This document shows, one piece after another, positions 27,181 through 40,719 of a stretch of 64,000 nucleotides of DNA. The translations under genes and the position numbers were made by a program. Below the pieces are notes generated by a model. The model searched no databases and was not told the DNA's origin. It was given only the letters and a program-made list of their open reading frames with translations. The stretch is from Octopus vulgaris. Its lineage: Eukaryota. Positions within the stretch are counted from its first letter, which is position 1. Each line of letters opens with the position of its first letter. The stretch spans positions 22,010,001-22,074,000 of the forward strand of contig OX597817.1 in assembly GCA_951406725.2 (NCBI GenBank), in the 5' to 3' direction.

Positions 27181-28427
27181 TACAACCGGAAATTTACCAT
27201 AAGATATCTTGTCCAATGCACTAAAGATCTGACAATCTAAATAGGTTAAACTTGTTTTCGATAGTTCGCTGAACAATAGTACTACATTATAAAACAAAAC
27301 GGTTTTAAAATAGGTAACGAAATAATTCGATGAAATACGATATATTATAGTCACATCCTGTCACTGACCAGGCAACAACAGCTCATGATGTGCAATGGTA
27401 TAGGAATTCCTCCAGACACTAAGCACATTATATTTATCATTTTATTTATCATTTTATTATTTCGTTAATTTTTTTTTTAGCTAATGAATTCTTCGCTTTG
27501 ATATCGGCAGTGCAGTATTGGTGAAATGATATCCTAGCACGCAATTGCTTTGCAGTGTTGCATTAAAGCTACTTTTTCTCACACATCAGTAATTGATCAT
27601 AAAAAAATCCATTCATTTGAAGTGAAAGGACAGACAACCAAAATGTAAACCTTTGATGCTTTGTTGTCTATTTTTTTTTCTACTCAGTGACTTCGTTTGA
27701 TTAATTTATATTTCCTTTCCTACTTGATGTAAGTGCAGCTGACTTATGCCAAATATCTCTGAAAGCTCCCAAAATGTTTTACTTGACAGACATTCATTTA
27801 TATCTGCTATTCAGTGCTGAACGGCCATTTTTATTAATCTTTTAGTGACTTAACGTAGAAACCATTTTGAAACATTCTCTGGCTTTCATTCCAGGGAGCT
27901 ACACAAAAGTCTGGACAGGATCAGATCAATTTTAAAGCTCGTCTGTCTAATCAATGCTATTCGATGACTTTAAAGCAATTGCACCACCTAACATTCGGTT
28001 GCACTATAATATTATTACAGAAATTCACAATGTTATTACTTTCATGTGATCAATTTAGAAAATTGTACTGAGTTGCCTTCCTGCATAAACTATTATGTAT
28101 TATGGTCTGGTAATATAGCTGTTGAATAAATTCGAACCCCTTCTTTTTTTCCGTGAATTGTAGTTAACATATATATTCAGCAGTGAACAAAATGTGTGTA
28201 GAATAGATATGTTGCTTGCTTTCAATGATTCAAATGCTCCAGTCACTGTACGTCTGTCTGTATACATTTAATGACAACAAATTTTAAATCTCGATCAAAG
28301 ACGTGTATTGCACATGGTGTAATTTCTTTGGCTATATGTTTTTAAGAGCCATGTTTGAAATACAAGGTTTTTTAAAAATATACGCTAAAACATTGGAAAA
28401 TCTGCTAGCTAAAATCGAAATCCTACA

Positions 28428-28851
28428 TATTTCTTATTACTTTACTGCCTACAAGGGGCTAAACACAGAGGGGACAAACATGGACAGACAAATGGATTAA
28501 GTCGATTACATTGACCCCAGTACGTAACCGGTACTTATTTAATCGACCCCGAAAAGGATGAAAGGCAAAGTCGACCTCGGCGGAATTTGAACTCAGAATG
28601 TAGCGGCAGACGAAATACCTATTTCTTTACTACCCACAAGGGGCTAAACACAGAGAGGACAAACAAGGACAGACAAACGGATTAAGTCGATTACATCGAC
28701 CCCAGTGCGTAACTGGTACTTATTTAATCGATCCCGAAAGGATGAAAGGCAAAGTCGACCTCGGCGGAATTTGAACTCAAAATGCAGCGGCGGACGAAAT
28801 ACCACAAAGCATTTCGTCCGGCGTGCTAACGTTTCTGCCAGCTCGCCGCCT
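28428..28851 (-). mobile_element. Head-to-tail dimer of young family A SINE
   Basis: Two units joined at CGAAATACC|TATTTC (28619/28620); outer direct repeat AAATCC(T/C)ACATATTTCT at 28418-28434 and 28856-28872. Confidence 0.92.
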
Positions 28852-31787
28852 TTTTAAATCCCACATATTTCTGTCTCCTTCAAAGAATAAAATGAATTTA
28901 GGAAATATGAATTCACCAATGTTTTAGCATCAGCTTGTAAGTTCTACACATTGGCCGCTGCATTTTAATTTCAAGCAGCGCTTAACTTTGATTTATATAC
29001 ATCCTGGGCGAATATGATTAGATAAAATTAACGTTAGTTCAACGAATTCACATGACTGATTAATCTCCTCTAAATATTGTGTTTGCAAATAAGAATTCAC
29101 ACATACTACAACACTTAAGGAATGAACAATAGAGTAAAAGGCTGCCAGCGGGAGGAAACTGAGAACTGCTTTGATATTTGGAAACTAATTAATTACTCTT
29201 AAATCCTTATTTTTATGTCTCTTTTACTTTCAAGTTTACACATAGACCATCAAAATAAACCAATGTCAAACCTTTCTTCAAAAGCATATATGTTTCGCAA
29301 GTTCTTTTGATAGAACTAGAAATATCCCGATTTTCAAACACTGCCAATTTGGTAATTATCTTATTATATTTATTAGGATGTTATACTATAAAGTATTGTT
29401 GTTGATGGACAACCCTGATTGAGCATATTTTTGACCATAAGCATTTCAGCAGTGACCATATTATATTTCTTTTTTCAAGACATAGTATATCTAGAACTAT
29501 ATTACCTATTTCAAGACATAGTATATCTAGAACTATATTACCTTCTTTAAAGACAGTAACGTGTGGCTTCAAGAAAATCTGTTGTCTATTTCTAACTGGT
29601 CGAATAACTCCAGCTGTTTCATATACATATAGCTCGTATGTGCATAACAGAGTAAAGGAATGCATTTTGATGCAACAGGCATACAAATACAGATTGTCAA
29701 TTCCACCAAAATAAACTGATCTTCACTAATGCATTGACTACCTAATTGCTAGAAGTATCCATAGCAAAATCAAACTTTAAGTCTCAATACCAACGCGGGA
29801 AAATTCTTATCAGGAGCACCAATATATCAACAAAACGTTGCGCGATTTGGGGATTTACAAAATCCCAACGCTAAAACAAATGACTAAAACAGATGGATAT
29901 TTAAGATCCGGTATTTTAGCCTATTTGCTGCTCTACAACCTGGTACATAAGGAACGATACAGAAAACACTAACTCAACTGGCAGCACTACACCAATATTG
30001 TGATTTTAAAAAATATCTGCATTATTAAAGCCACATCAACTACCTTATCACAAACATTACCTGTCCCCAAAACATTCATCCGTTTAAAAACATCCGAGAC
30101 GCCTAAACGAGTTGTGTTGCTTTATACACTAGAAATAGCAGTCAAATCTCTCTTTGAAAACACTATACCGTCTTGAAAAAAGATAAAGCACATTAAATAA
30201 TGTGTTGGGGCAATCAGAGATTGCCCTAACACACAAGTTAGTTTTGTTTGGAGCGCTTTTGATCGATCAATGCCGCATTATTAAAACCACATCATCTAAT
30301 TTATCACAAACATTACCTGTCCCCAAAACATGGTGGAGAGGTAAACAACAATAAGAAGAGCTACAATTAAGCTGCGATTTCTTTTGTTGTTTGTTCCTTC
30401 TTGAGCCATGCCTGTCTCATAAGGGCCGGTTTCCCGGTTTCATTGGCGTATAAGTTCTCAATTGATGTTCATATCTGCAATACATTTGTTGTAAGGTTTG
30501 ACAATCTTTTATACAATTTCTAATAATATCTATTTATAAAACTATGATTTTGTTAAACATCGAATGTCTAGGAGGGTCTAAGGAAATAAAATAGGAGTCA
30601 AAGAGTCCATATGGGTCCATGGTTGAGAAATACAGCTCTGCTATCTTGAATATGTAGAGTATATTTTAAACCAATGTGGTTACAGATATCACCACCAAAA
30701 AGTTTGGTATTTTACGCCAGAAATGTTTTAATCACGAGTCATACTCTATTACAGTTTACCTTGGTCTTAACAATAACAACATGCCAATCAAAAGTGCTAC
30801 CAATACTTATCACAACTAGTAAAATAGTAACATAACTAGCAAACCTAAAATTAACAACAATACCTTTAGCACTAATAAACAACGTCTATGCCACTACCAG
30901 GAGTGTTGCGTCCAATGTTTTTCGTAACACTTTTGCCATTTACATAACAATACTATTATCAGCACTGCTGCACCATACCTATCGATGCCAATAAGATCAC
31001 TGTATTATCAATAAAATAATCAATGCATTTAATTATTATGTAAGTGGCTTGGTATTTTTCAAAATCGTTTACCTATAACCTATTCCTCAAGCCAAGCAGT
31101 GAGACACAGTATGTGATTTTCTCAACCTATCAATTATGTTTCAAGTCCGACCGACAGACGTCCACGCATTTTCAGTTTTAGGATTTGGACGATATGGAGC
31201 TATGGTAGGACTCACTGGGTCCAAAGCGCTGTGAAAGGACCGGACTCAAGACCTTATGAAAGAGTAGCAAACTTGTTAATGAGTTTCTAGAAATAGCAGC
31301 CAAAACTCGCTCAGATAACGCGTATTGTCTTAAAAAGGCAGGAGACAACGAACATCAAATTCCTCGAAATTAAAAAGCTACCGTAGCTATGTTATCTTTA
31401 AGCAAAGATCTACCCGATCAGAACTAAAAAAACAACAATTACACCAGCATGAGCAATACTACAGTACTAATTAATCTGCATTAAATCATTACCATAACTA
31501 CCACGGTATTACCATTACCATCACAATTAGTATTACCTCCGATACCACCATGTCTACCTTTACTATTACCATTATCATCAGGATTACCTCCACCTATAAT
31601 TTCATCACTACCAGCCAGCAATGAAGCTTCTACGTTAAAACTTGACTTGCTAGTAATAGTAATGAAAATCGCACTCGAATCACACATTTCCTACAAAACT
31701 AATAACGCATTCAACAAAGTAATTCTAGATTTACAAAAATGGGTTGGTCACGTTTTGAATATCTTTGATGGTAGGTATTCTCAGTTA

Positions 31788-32020
31788 AAGGCGGCGAGCT
31801 GGCAGAAACGTTAGCACGCCGGGCGAAATGCGTAACCGTATTTCGTCTGCCGTTACGTTCTGAGTTCAAATTCCGCCGAGGTCGACTTTGCCTTTCATCC
31901 TTTCGGGGTCGATAAATTAAGTATCAGTTACGCACTGGGGTCGATATAATCGACTTAATCCGTTTGTCTGTCCTTGTTTGTCCTCTCTGTGTTTAGCCCC
32001 TTGTGGATAGTAAAGAAATA
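31788..32020 (+). mobile_element. Full-length young family A SINE with TSD
   Basis: Head AAGGCGGCGAGCTGGCAGAAACG, box B GAGTTCAAATTCC, tail ...TAAAGAAATA; TSD GGTATTCTCAGTTA at 31774-31787 and 32021-32034. Confidence 0.95.
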
Positions 32021-32965
32021 GGTATTCTCAGTTAGGTGCTTATCTGATATAGACAACAGTAAACTCATGATTACTCAGGCAAAAAGAATAGCAGCAGACC
32101 GAAGTACAGCCAGCCTTCATTCGCGATCAAGTAGAGCTTTCCAACATGTGCCATGCTTTCTCTGAAACCTTTAAGTACCTGTGTTGTCGCAGACACTTTC
32201 TAACCTCACGCCCAAATCTTTTACGCCAGCAGAATATCCAGGATGAAGCAGGCGGGGTAAAAGAGGGCTGCGCCACACATAGCTTGTACTCAACAAATCT
32301 AACAAAACTGTTGTAAGCCATATGAAATGAAGGATGAGTTATGTTACCCGGTCCATGAACTGAAACCACGGCCTTATGATCATGAGTCAAACACCTTAAC
32401 CACTACACTATACAAACTAGCAAACTAACATTCAATCAGACTAACAATGGGGATCTATGTATTTAGTCGACTAGTAAGAAATTGCAGCCTAATTTCCCAA
32501 TCACACAGTATTTTCTTAAAAGAAGACACATTGGATAATATAGTTCACTATGCTTTGGTAGAAAAACATGAGACGGCCATTGCCAGAGGCTGGACACCTT
32601 TTGACCTAGGGCTAATCAACAACGTTGTCACGTTGACTACTAACACCATCAAGACCAGTGCGAGGCTTCTATGTGGTTGCTCGTTACTGATTAATGATAT
32701 TGGATTCTTCTTCTTCCCCCACATCATCACATAGGAAATAACATATTAGATAAAGTGGGCTTTAGAAGACACTGCCAGACACGAGCGGTTGTTACGGTTT
32801 GAACGCCATTGATCATGTATCTGGTCAATCAGGATTGACCTGAGATTGAACGACAAAAACACTACTAATCACGTTACACTAATACAACCATCAGCGCCAA
32901 AACCACCATCACTAACACCACTGTTGCTACTGCTGCAGGTGCTGCTACTAATGCTGCGGCTGCTA

Positions 32966-33340
<375 letters not shown>

Positions 33341-34287
33341 TAATCACCACCACTAAGTAACAGCAAAGAGATATTATTACCGCCACACGGTCACATCACA
33401 ACCGACTAGCCTGCTGTTCACGATAGACGAATGTTTTCTTCAAACGCCATCGTATTACTAATGATTGCAATAGATCTTGCCGACGGGGAGAAAGATTTAT
33501 TTCCACTTGTCTTCACATGAACAGACAGCAGTTGCAATCCGATATAGGAAGTGTATCAGATCGGCAAATATGTACTTCGATTTTACAACTATTTATCGGC
33601 TGTGGATTCTCGTTATTGGATCTACACCGAAGAGACAAGAAACGATCACATGCTTACTGCCCAATTATGCACACACGAATACACACATATATATACGTAA
33701 AACACACACACACAAAAAAAAGACTCACACACACACATAAAAACAGACACACAAACACATTCGCCTGAAAACGTGTATGTTTCTAAATGTGTTTTTTTTT
33801 TTAGTGTTGCTGTGTGTAAAATTTGGTTTATGTAAAATGGCGAAAGAGACATATCATCTAATCTTCGCTTTAATCTGTATGTATGTGTATGTATGCGAGT
33901 GGTGTGCCTGCGGTTGCGCAAGTGTATGTGTGTGTGTGTGAATACGTGTTTGTTTGTATCTGTGAATGTTTAGCGTGTAAAGGGGGGGGGTGCACACAAA
34001 TATATAAATGCAGTCACATCACGTTTATAAGCAATCAGCTGAATAGGCACAAAATAACTCAAAAACAAGTACACGCAAGCACATAGACGCACTAGTGTGT
34101 AGGTACATTTTTGTGCATACATAAATCTGTGTGTGTAAGTGAGTGTATAAAGTATATATATATATATACACATGTATTTGTCTCTGTGTGCGTGTGTGTG
34201 TGTGTGCATGTATGTTTGTATGAATGTATGTATATTCATATATATATATGAATGTATGCATATGCATATATGAATGTATGTATATGA

Positions 34288-34361
<74 letters not shown>

Positions 34362-34429
34362 ATATACACATAAATATACATATATACAGATATATATGGA
34401 TATGTATATAGCTATTTATACATAAATAA

Positions 34430-34530
<101 letters not shown>

Positions 34531-36590
34531 GCACGCATAAGAATCTGAAAGTATATACCTTTACGTACATACGTGTTGATAACTGTATTCACGTGAGTGT
34601 TTAAATGTGATAAACGATTTAACTGAAAAATACATCAATCATTCAACATGCAACCCTAATCCCTTATCACCAGCACAATAACAACTTAAGTGTAGGGCAG
34701 TGACTACAAAGGAGAATTGAAACCAGGTTGCTGATACAGCTCCCTGGCAGATTATTTTTTATTCTTCAGATGCTAACTTTAAATCAGTTTATCGTTTCAC
34801 GAGTCAAAAACCTCAATAGATAGGATCTCCAGTGCATTGAATGCGAAATTTAGCTTTCAACCGATGAGTCGCATTTGAATTGCAGGAGAGGTTGCCTAAG
34901 TTACTCGTGATAGCTAGATTAACACATCACACTATATTAAAAACAAATCATTTATAATGGACATGTTTACATTATGGAAGAAACTGGCAAAGTAAGGTCC
35001 GAATCTGTAGATCTATTACTTCCTAATTTCTACTATATAGAGGTATTTGATTAAATGGTTGGTTCCACTGTGATGTATGAGTATCACTGAAAAATATACA
35101 AACACATCCATGCTTATACGAATACACCTATATATACATAGATACACACATCTACTCACCCTCGGGAATAAATAAATGCCCAGACCTGCTTAGATTCAAA
35201 CATGGAAGCTTTGTCGCTTTGGTTAGCAATGGTTGTTAATATGTAGTACAGTATTTGCAAGGTACTAACTTAAATATGTACGTTGTTCACTTACCTTTAT
35301 CAAAAATAGCCAAGCCGCAGAATTGGCTTCTATGTCTTATCAATACTAGTCAGTTGGGCCAGGAGAGGTGCCTGGTGAGGCCTACCTGAGCAAAACATCC
35401 TATCCCGTGTATAAGGTACTACAGGCATGTGCGGCACTGCTGCACAGGTACCTCAAGCTTTTGGGATTATCCTCTGTATCAGGTCTTTTGCTTTCATATA
35501 TATTAGCAAAGTAAGAATCAACTTGTGCAAGCAACTCCTTGGAATCAATCACAGTTATTTAAAAATATGTTAGAGACGCCTTTATTCACTTCTTGAAGCC
35601 ATTCTTTCGCTCTCATCAACAGCGCTCTTGTCTTAGAAGGACTTGTCATACAGTTGCTTCTTTGGTATACCGTAGATCGTAATGCTACTGATATACTCAA
35701 CGGAAAACTCATAGGCAATCAACGGTGCAGAGATTAAATTATAAACCCATCGGCAGAGAAATGGGGAGAGTTAAGGAAACGAGAGAAAGAGAAAGAGAAA
35801 CTATGTCATTAATTCTTAATCGTGTTTATATTTTTTGTTTTTCGAAGCACAAAAACTCATCTCTACTCTCGTCTCAAAAAGAACTCATACCTAAGTTTAG
35901 GATTTTTAAGAAACTGTTCATGTTTCTTAATTAGATCGATGTGGACTCTGTTGTCGCTTGTTCTATTATATAATTCAAAAGCCAATTAATATGATGACGC
36001 TTAAATCCGTATAACAGTGGTTACTACTCGGAGTGTCTAGGCGCTCTAAAAGTTATAGATAGTAATTAGGAATGTCGTGAGATTTCCTTTGAGGTTAAAA
36101 TTTTTGCTAATGGCGTAAAACAACAGTTTTGCATAACTTAGGGTTAGGTAGATAGGCTGAAGGTATCACAGGAACTTTGGAGACCAGTAATCTATAACGT
36201 TCTCATTATGTAACAGGACTATATGATTTTGTAGTATCTTTACTGTTCCGAGAGTAATAAGGACATAAAGCCACTATCGAAATCATTTACACTCCGATTC
36301 ACTAACAATGAGGCAAAACATAGAAAGTGTGTAACAATTTGAGCAGTGAGATCGGAACATATATTCTGTTGAATTAAACTAATGGTTCTTTGGTCTGTTT
36401 ACTTGTAAGAGCGTGCAGTGTGGGGAGTGTTGAAAACATTTGTAGGACTGGTGCAGTTAGTTCTGATTGATGCTCAACAGATATTTATCCACAGATGTGA
36501 GAAAAAACATGCTAAGTGGGCGTCCTAGAATGATGCAGCTTTGAAGATAAAAAGGTGTTTGTATACATAGGTATGTGTATATATATATAA

Positions 36591-36621
<31 letters not shown>

Positions 36622-37311
36622 AGTATTTGTGTGCGTACAAATTAGATCTCCCTCTCTTAGAGATTACATATGCTAATCGTTTGACACTATACTCACAAAA
36701 TAACCCCACAACCATCTGGTTCTTCGGTGCATCTCTAGCTATTTCGAAACTGTCGCGAACATTCTTGCTCAGTTTCGGGTGTAAAGGTGTCTTACACCCT
36801 TTCTCCCGCCAAACCCCGAAAACGGGAAATGTCCGTCTTTCTCTGAATTGGCGACATAAAATGAATAAAAACCTAAAATTCCTCTTCTTGCGTAGACTTT
36901 GAAATGAGTCCTTCCCTTGTAATCTAAATTCAATGTAAAACATCGAAGCAGCTTATCATCTCATTCCGTTGCAGACATCTAGGAGCCATGTACAAAACTT
37001 ATCTTCTCTTGTTCCTATCTTTATTTCAGCAAGATTACCGTATTGCATCTTCAGAGTGATACCGAAGTGTCTTTTATTACACACATCATTTCTACCATCA
37101 CCATCACCACCATCACCACCACCACGCGACAACCACTGCACACGCACACAAGGTTATGCAGTGTCTTTCACACAAACACAGAAAAGCACACATATATACA
37201 TTCATACCCATATTTGTATGAGGGTGTGCATGTTTGTGTGCGTGAGTGTGTGAAGTAGTGATTTTTGTATGTGACTTCGCTGCGATTCTAATTCTACTTC
37301 AGAATGCGTTA

Positions 37312-37454
<143 letters not shown>

Positions 37455-37665
37455 GGTTGAAGAATCGTTAGCACGTCGGATAATAATGCTTATCAGGCTT
37501 TTCTGTCAGCTCCTTACGTTCCTGAGTTCAAATTGCACGGACTCCAACTTTGCCTTTCATTGTTTCTGGGTCAATAAAATAAGTACAAGCTGAGTAATGG
37601 GTTCAATGTAATAGACTCCCCACCTTCTCTCAAGATCACTACCTTTGTGCCAGCAATTTAGAAAC
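37455..37665 (+). mobile_element. Degenerate family A SINE
   Basis: AGAATCGTTAGCACG...GAGTTCAAATT...CTTTGCCTTTCAT...AATAAGTAC. Confidence 0.75.
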
Positions 37666-37666
37666 A

Positions 37667-37724
<58 letters not shown>

Positions 37725-37830
37725 GAATAAGAAGAAGAAGAAGAAGAAGAACAACAACAACAACAACAACAACAAAAATAACAACAACAACAACAACAAC
37801 AACAATAATAATAATAATAGTAATAATAAG

Positions 37831-38110
37831 GTAGAGATAATAAAAAAGGGATGTAAGAAACACCTCGATAAGATCCCAGGAGATCCATGTCTCAGAGAAA
37901 TCCAAAAGATTGTACTGACAAGTGCTGCCGGTATCCTTAGAAAAACCCTATCCATTTAAATGTCTATTGTATTACATGAAGATATTTCGCTACTTCCTCT
38001 CCCCAAGCTTTCAATCATGCTCTAACATGTCTTATCCTTCACTCGCCCCAAGACACTAGGTGTGTCTCGGCAAGTGAGTGTAAAATGCATGCAAATACAA
38101 AGTAAATAGC
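37831..38110 (+). mobile_element. 3' end of a Dong/R4-like (REL endonuclease) non-LTR retrotransposon in a (TAA)n array
   Basis: Encodes IIKKGCKKHLDKIPGDPCLREIQKIVLTSAAGILRKTLSI*, matching the QK..L...A.ILRK.L C-terminus of REL-type LINEs; short 3' UTR; (AAT)n on both sides. Confidence 0.75.
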
Positions 38111-38119
38111 AATACTACT

Positions 38120-38162
38120 ACTAATAATAATAATAATAATAATAAAAATATTAATAATAATG

Positions 38163-38236
<74 letters not shown>

Positions 38237-38328
38237 AAGAAGAAGAAGAAGAAGAAGAAGAAGAAGAAGAAGAAGAAGAAGAAGAAGAAGAAGAAGAAGA
38301 AGAAGAAGAAGAAGAAGGAGAAGAAGAA
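38120..38328. repeat. (AAT)n followed by (AAG)n
   Basis: Direct reading. Confidence 0.95.
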
Positions 38329-38680
38329 TGGTCACAGGGGTATAAGTGAATGATAAATCTGCAAAATTATAGTTATAACATACAGAGAAGGAATCAGTTC
38401 CATACAAGTTGAGAAAAACCGAGACAATCATTAGAAAACGATTGAAAGTAATGTGTTACGGCGTATCGCATTTGCCCCTGGGGGCCTCAAAGCGTCACAT
38501 ACTCTTTACGAGTCTTACGGCTTTGTGAAAGACCGACATGAAAGTCGTAGAAGAAGCCGCTCAGGGACTAAAAAATCCTTTAGTTCATTGGCGCTAAGCT
38601 TCTTTCTTTGTGAGCAAAAGGTTGCCACGGCATGGGAGATATATTTATATATTTACATACATACATGCAAGAATGCACAC

Positions 38681-38748
<68 letters not shown>

Positions 38749-38989
38749 TTATCTATCCATCTGTCTGTCTGTCTATCTGTCTGTCTATCTATTTGTCTAT
38801 CTATCTATCTATCTATATTTCTCTCTCTCTTCCTCTCGCTCTCCCTCTCTCTCTCTCTCTCTCTTATATATATATAAAAGAATATTATTATTCCTAAAAG
38901 AATAACGGTAGTGCCCGAGAGCGTAAAAACCGCATAGGTAAAATTATAAGCGTATACGGCTTATATATATATATATGTGTATGTGTATG

Positions 38990-39075
<86 letters not shown>

Positions 39076-39380
39076 TAAGGAATAATTAAGATTCAGTTAA
39101 ATTAGGTACTTAAGTTGAGACACCATATTATAGTTGGGGTATTTTCTCTCTACGTTCATTCTGCTACAATAATAGCAGCATGTAATACTTTATTCTCTAG
39201 TTTTGATGAAATATTAGCTAAAAATTATAATGGAGTATCCTATATGTTGAAAACCTATATTATGCATCCGAAAATAGTGGTGTATTTCAAACTTAAGTAA
39301 TGATTCCATTATTCAATTAAATAGGGCCGCCTGAAACGGCCGTAATGCACTAATACTTTGGCATCCTTGTTACTTATTTG

Positions 39381-39431
<51 letters not shown>

Positions 39432-39519
39432 TAAAAATATGCATACATGCACATATATATATATTTGTATATATATATAAAATTTATAAGTTTAAATTAT
39501 TTAAATAATTTATTATTTT

Positions 39520-39701
39520 TAACTTTTATATTTTTAAATTAATTTTATTTATTGGCTTATGTTTTTCACTGTTCGATTTGCCTAATAGTGGTTTTATCTC
39601 TAATTTAATATAATATAATATAATATATTTATACTAGAAAATTGGATTTAATCCTAAATCTCATTTTCCCCTGTAAGTTTGGATTTATTCCCTAATATTA
39701 T

Positions 39702-39710
<9 letters not shown>
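39520..39710 (+). repeat. AT-rich repeat, same family as 59810-59905 and 60545-60730 (putative PLE terminal repeat)
   Basis: TATTGGCTTATGTTTTTCACTGTT(C/T)GATTTGCCTAATAGTGGTTTTATCTCTAATT...AATCCTAAATCT...CCCTGTAA...TTTGGATTTATTCCCTAATATT shared. Confidence 0.8.
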
Positions 39711-39750
<40 letters not shown>

Positions 39751-40719
39751 AAAACAATTGCAGCGTGGAAGGTGTTTATAAGCCATTTAAAAACACAAAC
39801 ATTCACTTCAACATTTGAATTTAATTTGTGTCAAAATATTTTCGTCGCTTTCAAACTACGACCTGTTTACTGACAAAACTTAATTGTTTATTCAGTTTAC
39901 TGCGGCCATGCTGGAGCACTGCAGGCAAGAAATTTAATTTCGTTGTTGCCTCGTGGCAACTGTTTTTCGTTTCATACGAGTAAACACTCAATCTTGTTCT
40001 GTTGTTGTTACTGCTTTATTGCGCTCGAAATTTACTTTCTCACCAGCAAAATGCCAAACACATTCGACACTTGCAAAATTTGTTTATAAAACTAGTGTCA
40101 CACACACGCACACATATTTTATCCTGTCCGATAGTATGAATAAGCATCGCAGGAAAGTGTGTGCGCGCGCTTGTGTACATATGCATACATACATATACAC
40201 ACATGTAAATGAATTTTCATTACCACTATTTTGTCATCGGAATTAATATAGCTACCATCTACATACAAACGAGTACCCTCACGCCCTTAGCAACTCACCA
40301 ATTCGTACATGACAACAACAACAGCAACAATAGCATAAACAAGATAAGCGACTTTATTGAAGATAAGAAATAATGACATGAGAAATATGTGGGACCCGAG
40401 AGTATTTTAAAAGATGAATGAAATGTCTTTGATCTTAGGTTAATGAGGATTAACTGAGATTAAACAGTAACATCAATACTGTTAATAAGATCAATATGAC
40501 TACGGCTGCTATCATTTACACACTCTACCATCACTTTATGTATTGAATTCAAACCCTGCTGAGGTCAGCTTCTTACTGCATCATTTCGGTAGCAATGACA
40601 TAAAGCACCAGTTACGTACGAGAGGCAACAGTATCCACTGAACTTTCTCCTTCAAAATTACTGGCTTGGTGCCTAAATCAGAAACCCATTAGCAAGAATT
40701 TACGAATCATGAGCCATTA

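Noticed and set aside
27670-27735. Acceptor/donor pair (TTTCTACTCAG...GTAAGT) suggesting a micro-exon
   Set aside because: Stops in all three frames; could only be non-coding, and there is no other support.
29474-29545. 34-bp tandem duplication, superficially CRISPR-like
   Set aside because: Two adjacent units without spacers in eukaryotic repeat DNA; a simple slippage duplication.
35285-35520. Minus-strand donor AAG|GTAAGT after a GC-richer stretch
   Set aside because: No sustained open frame or recognisable protein.
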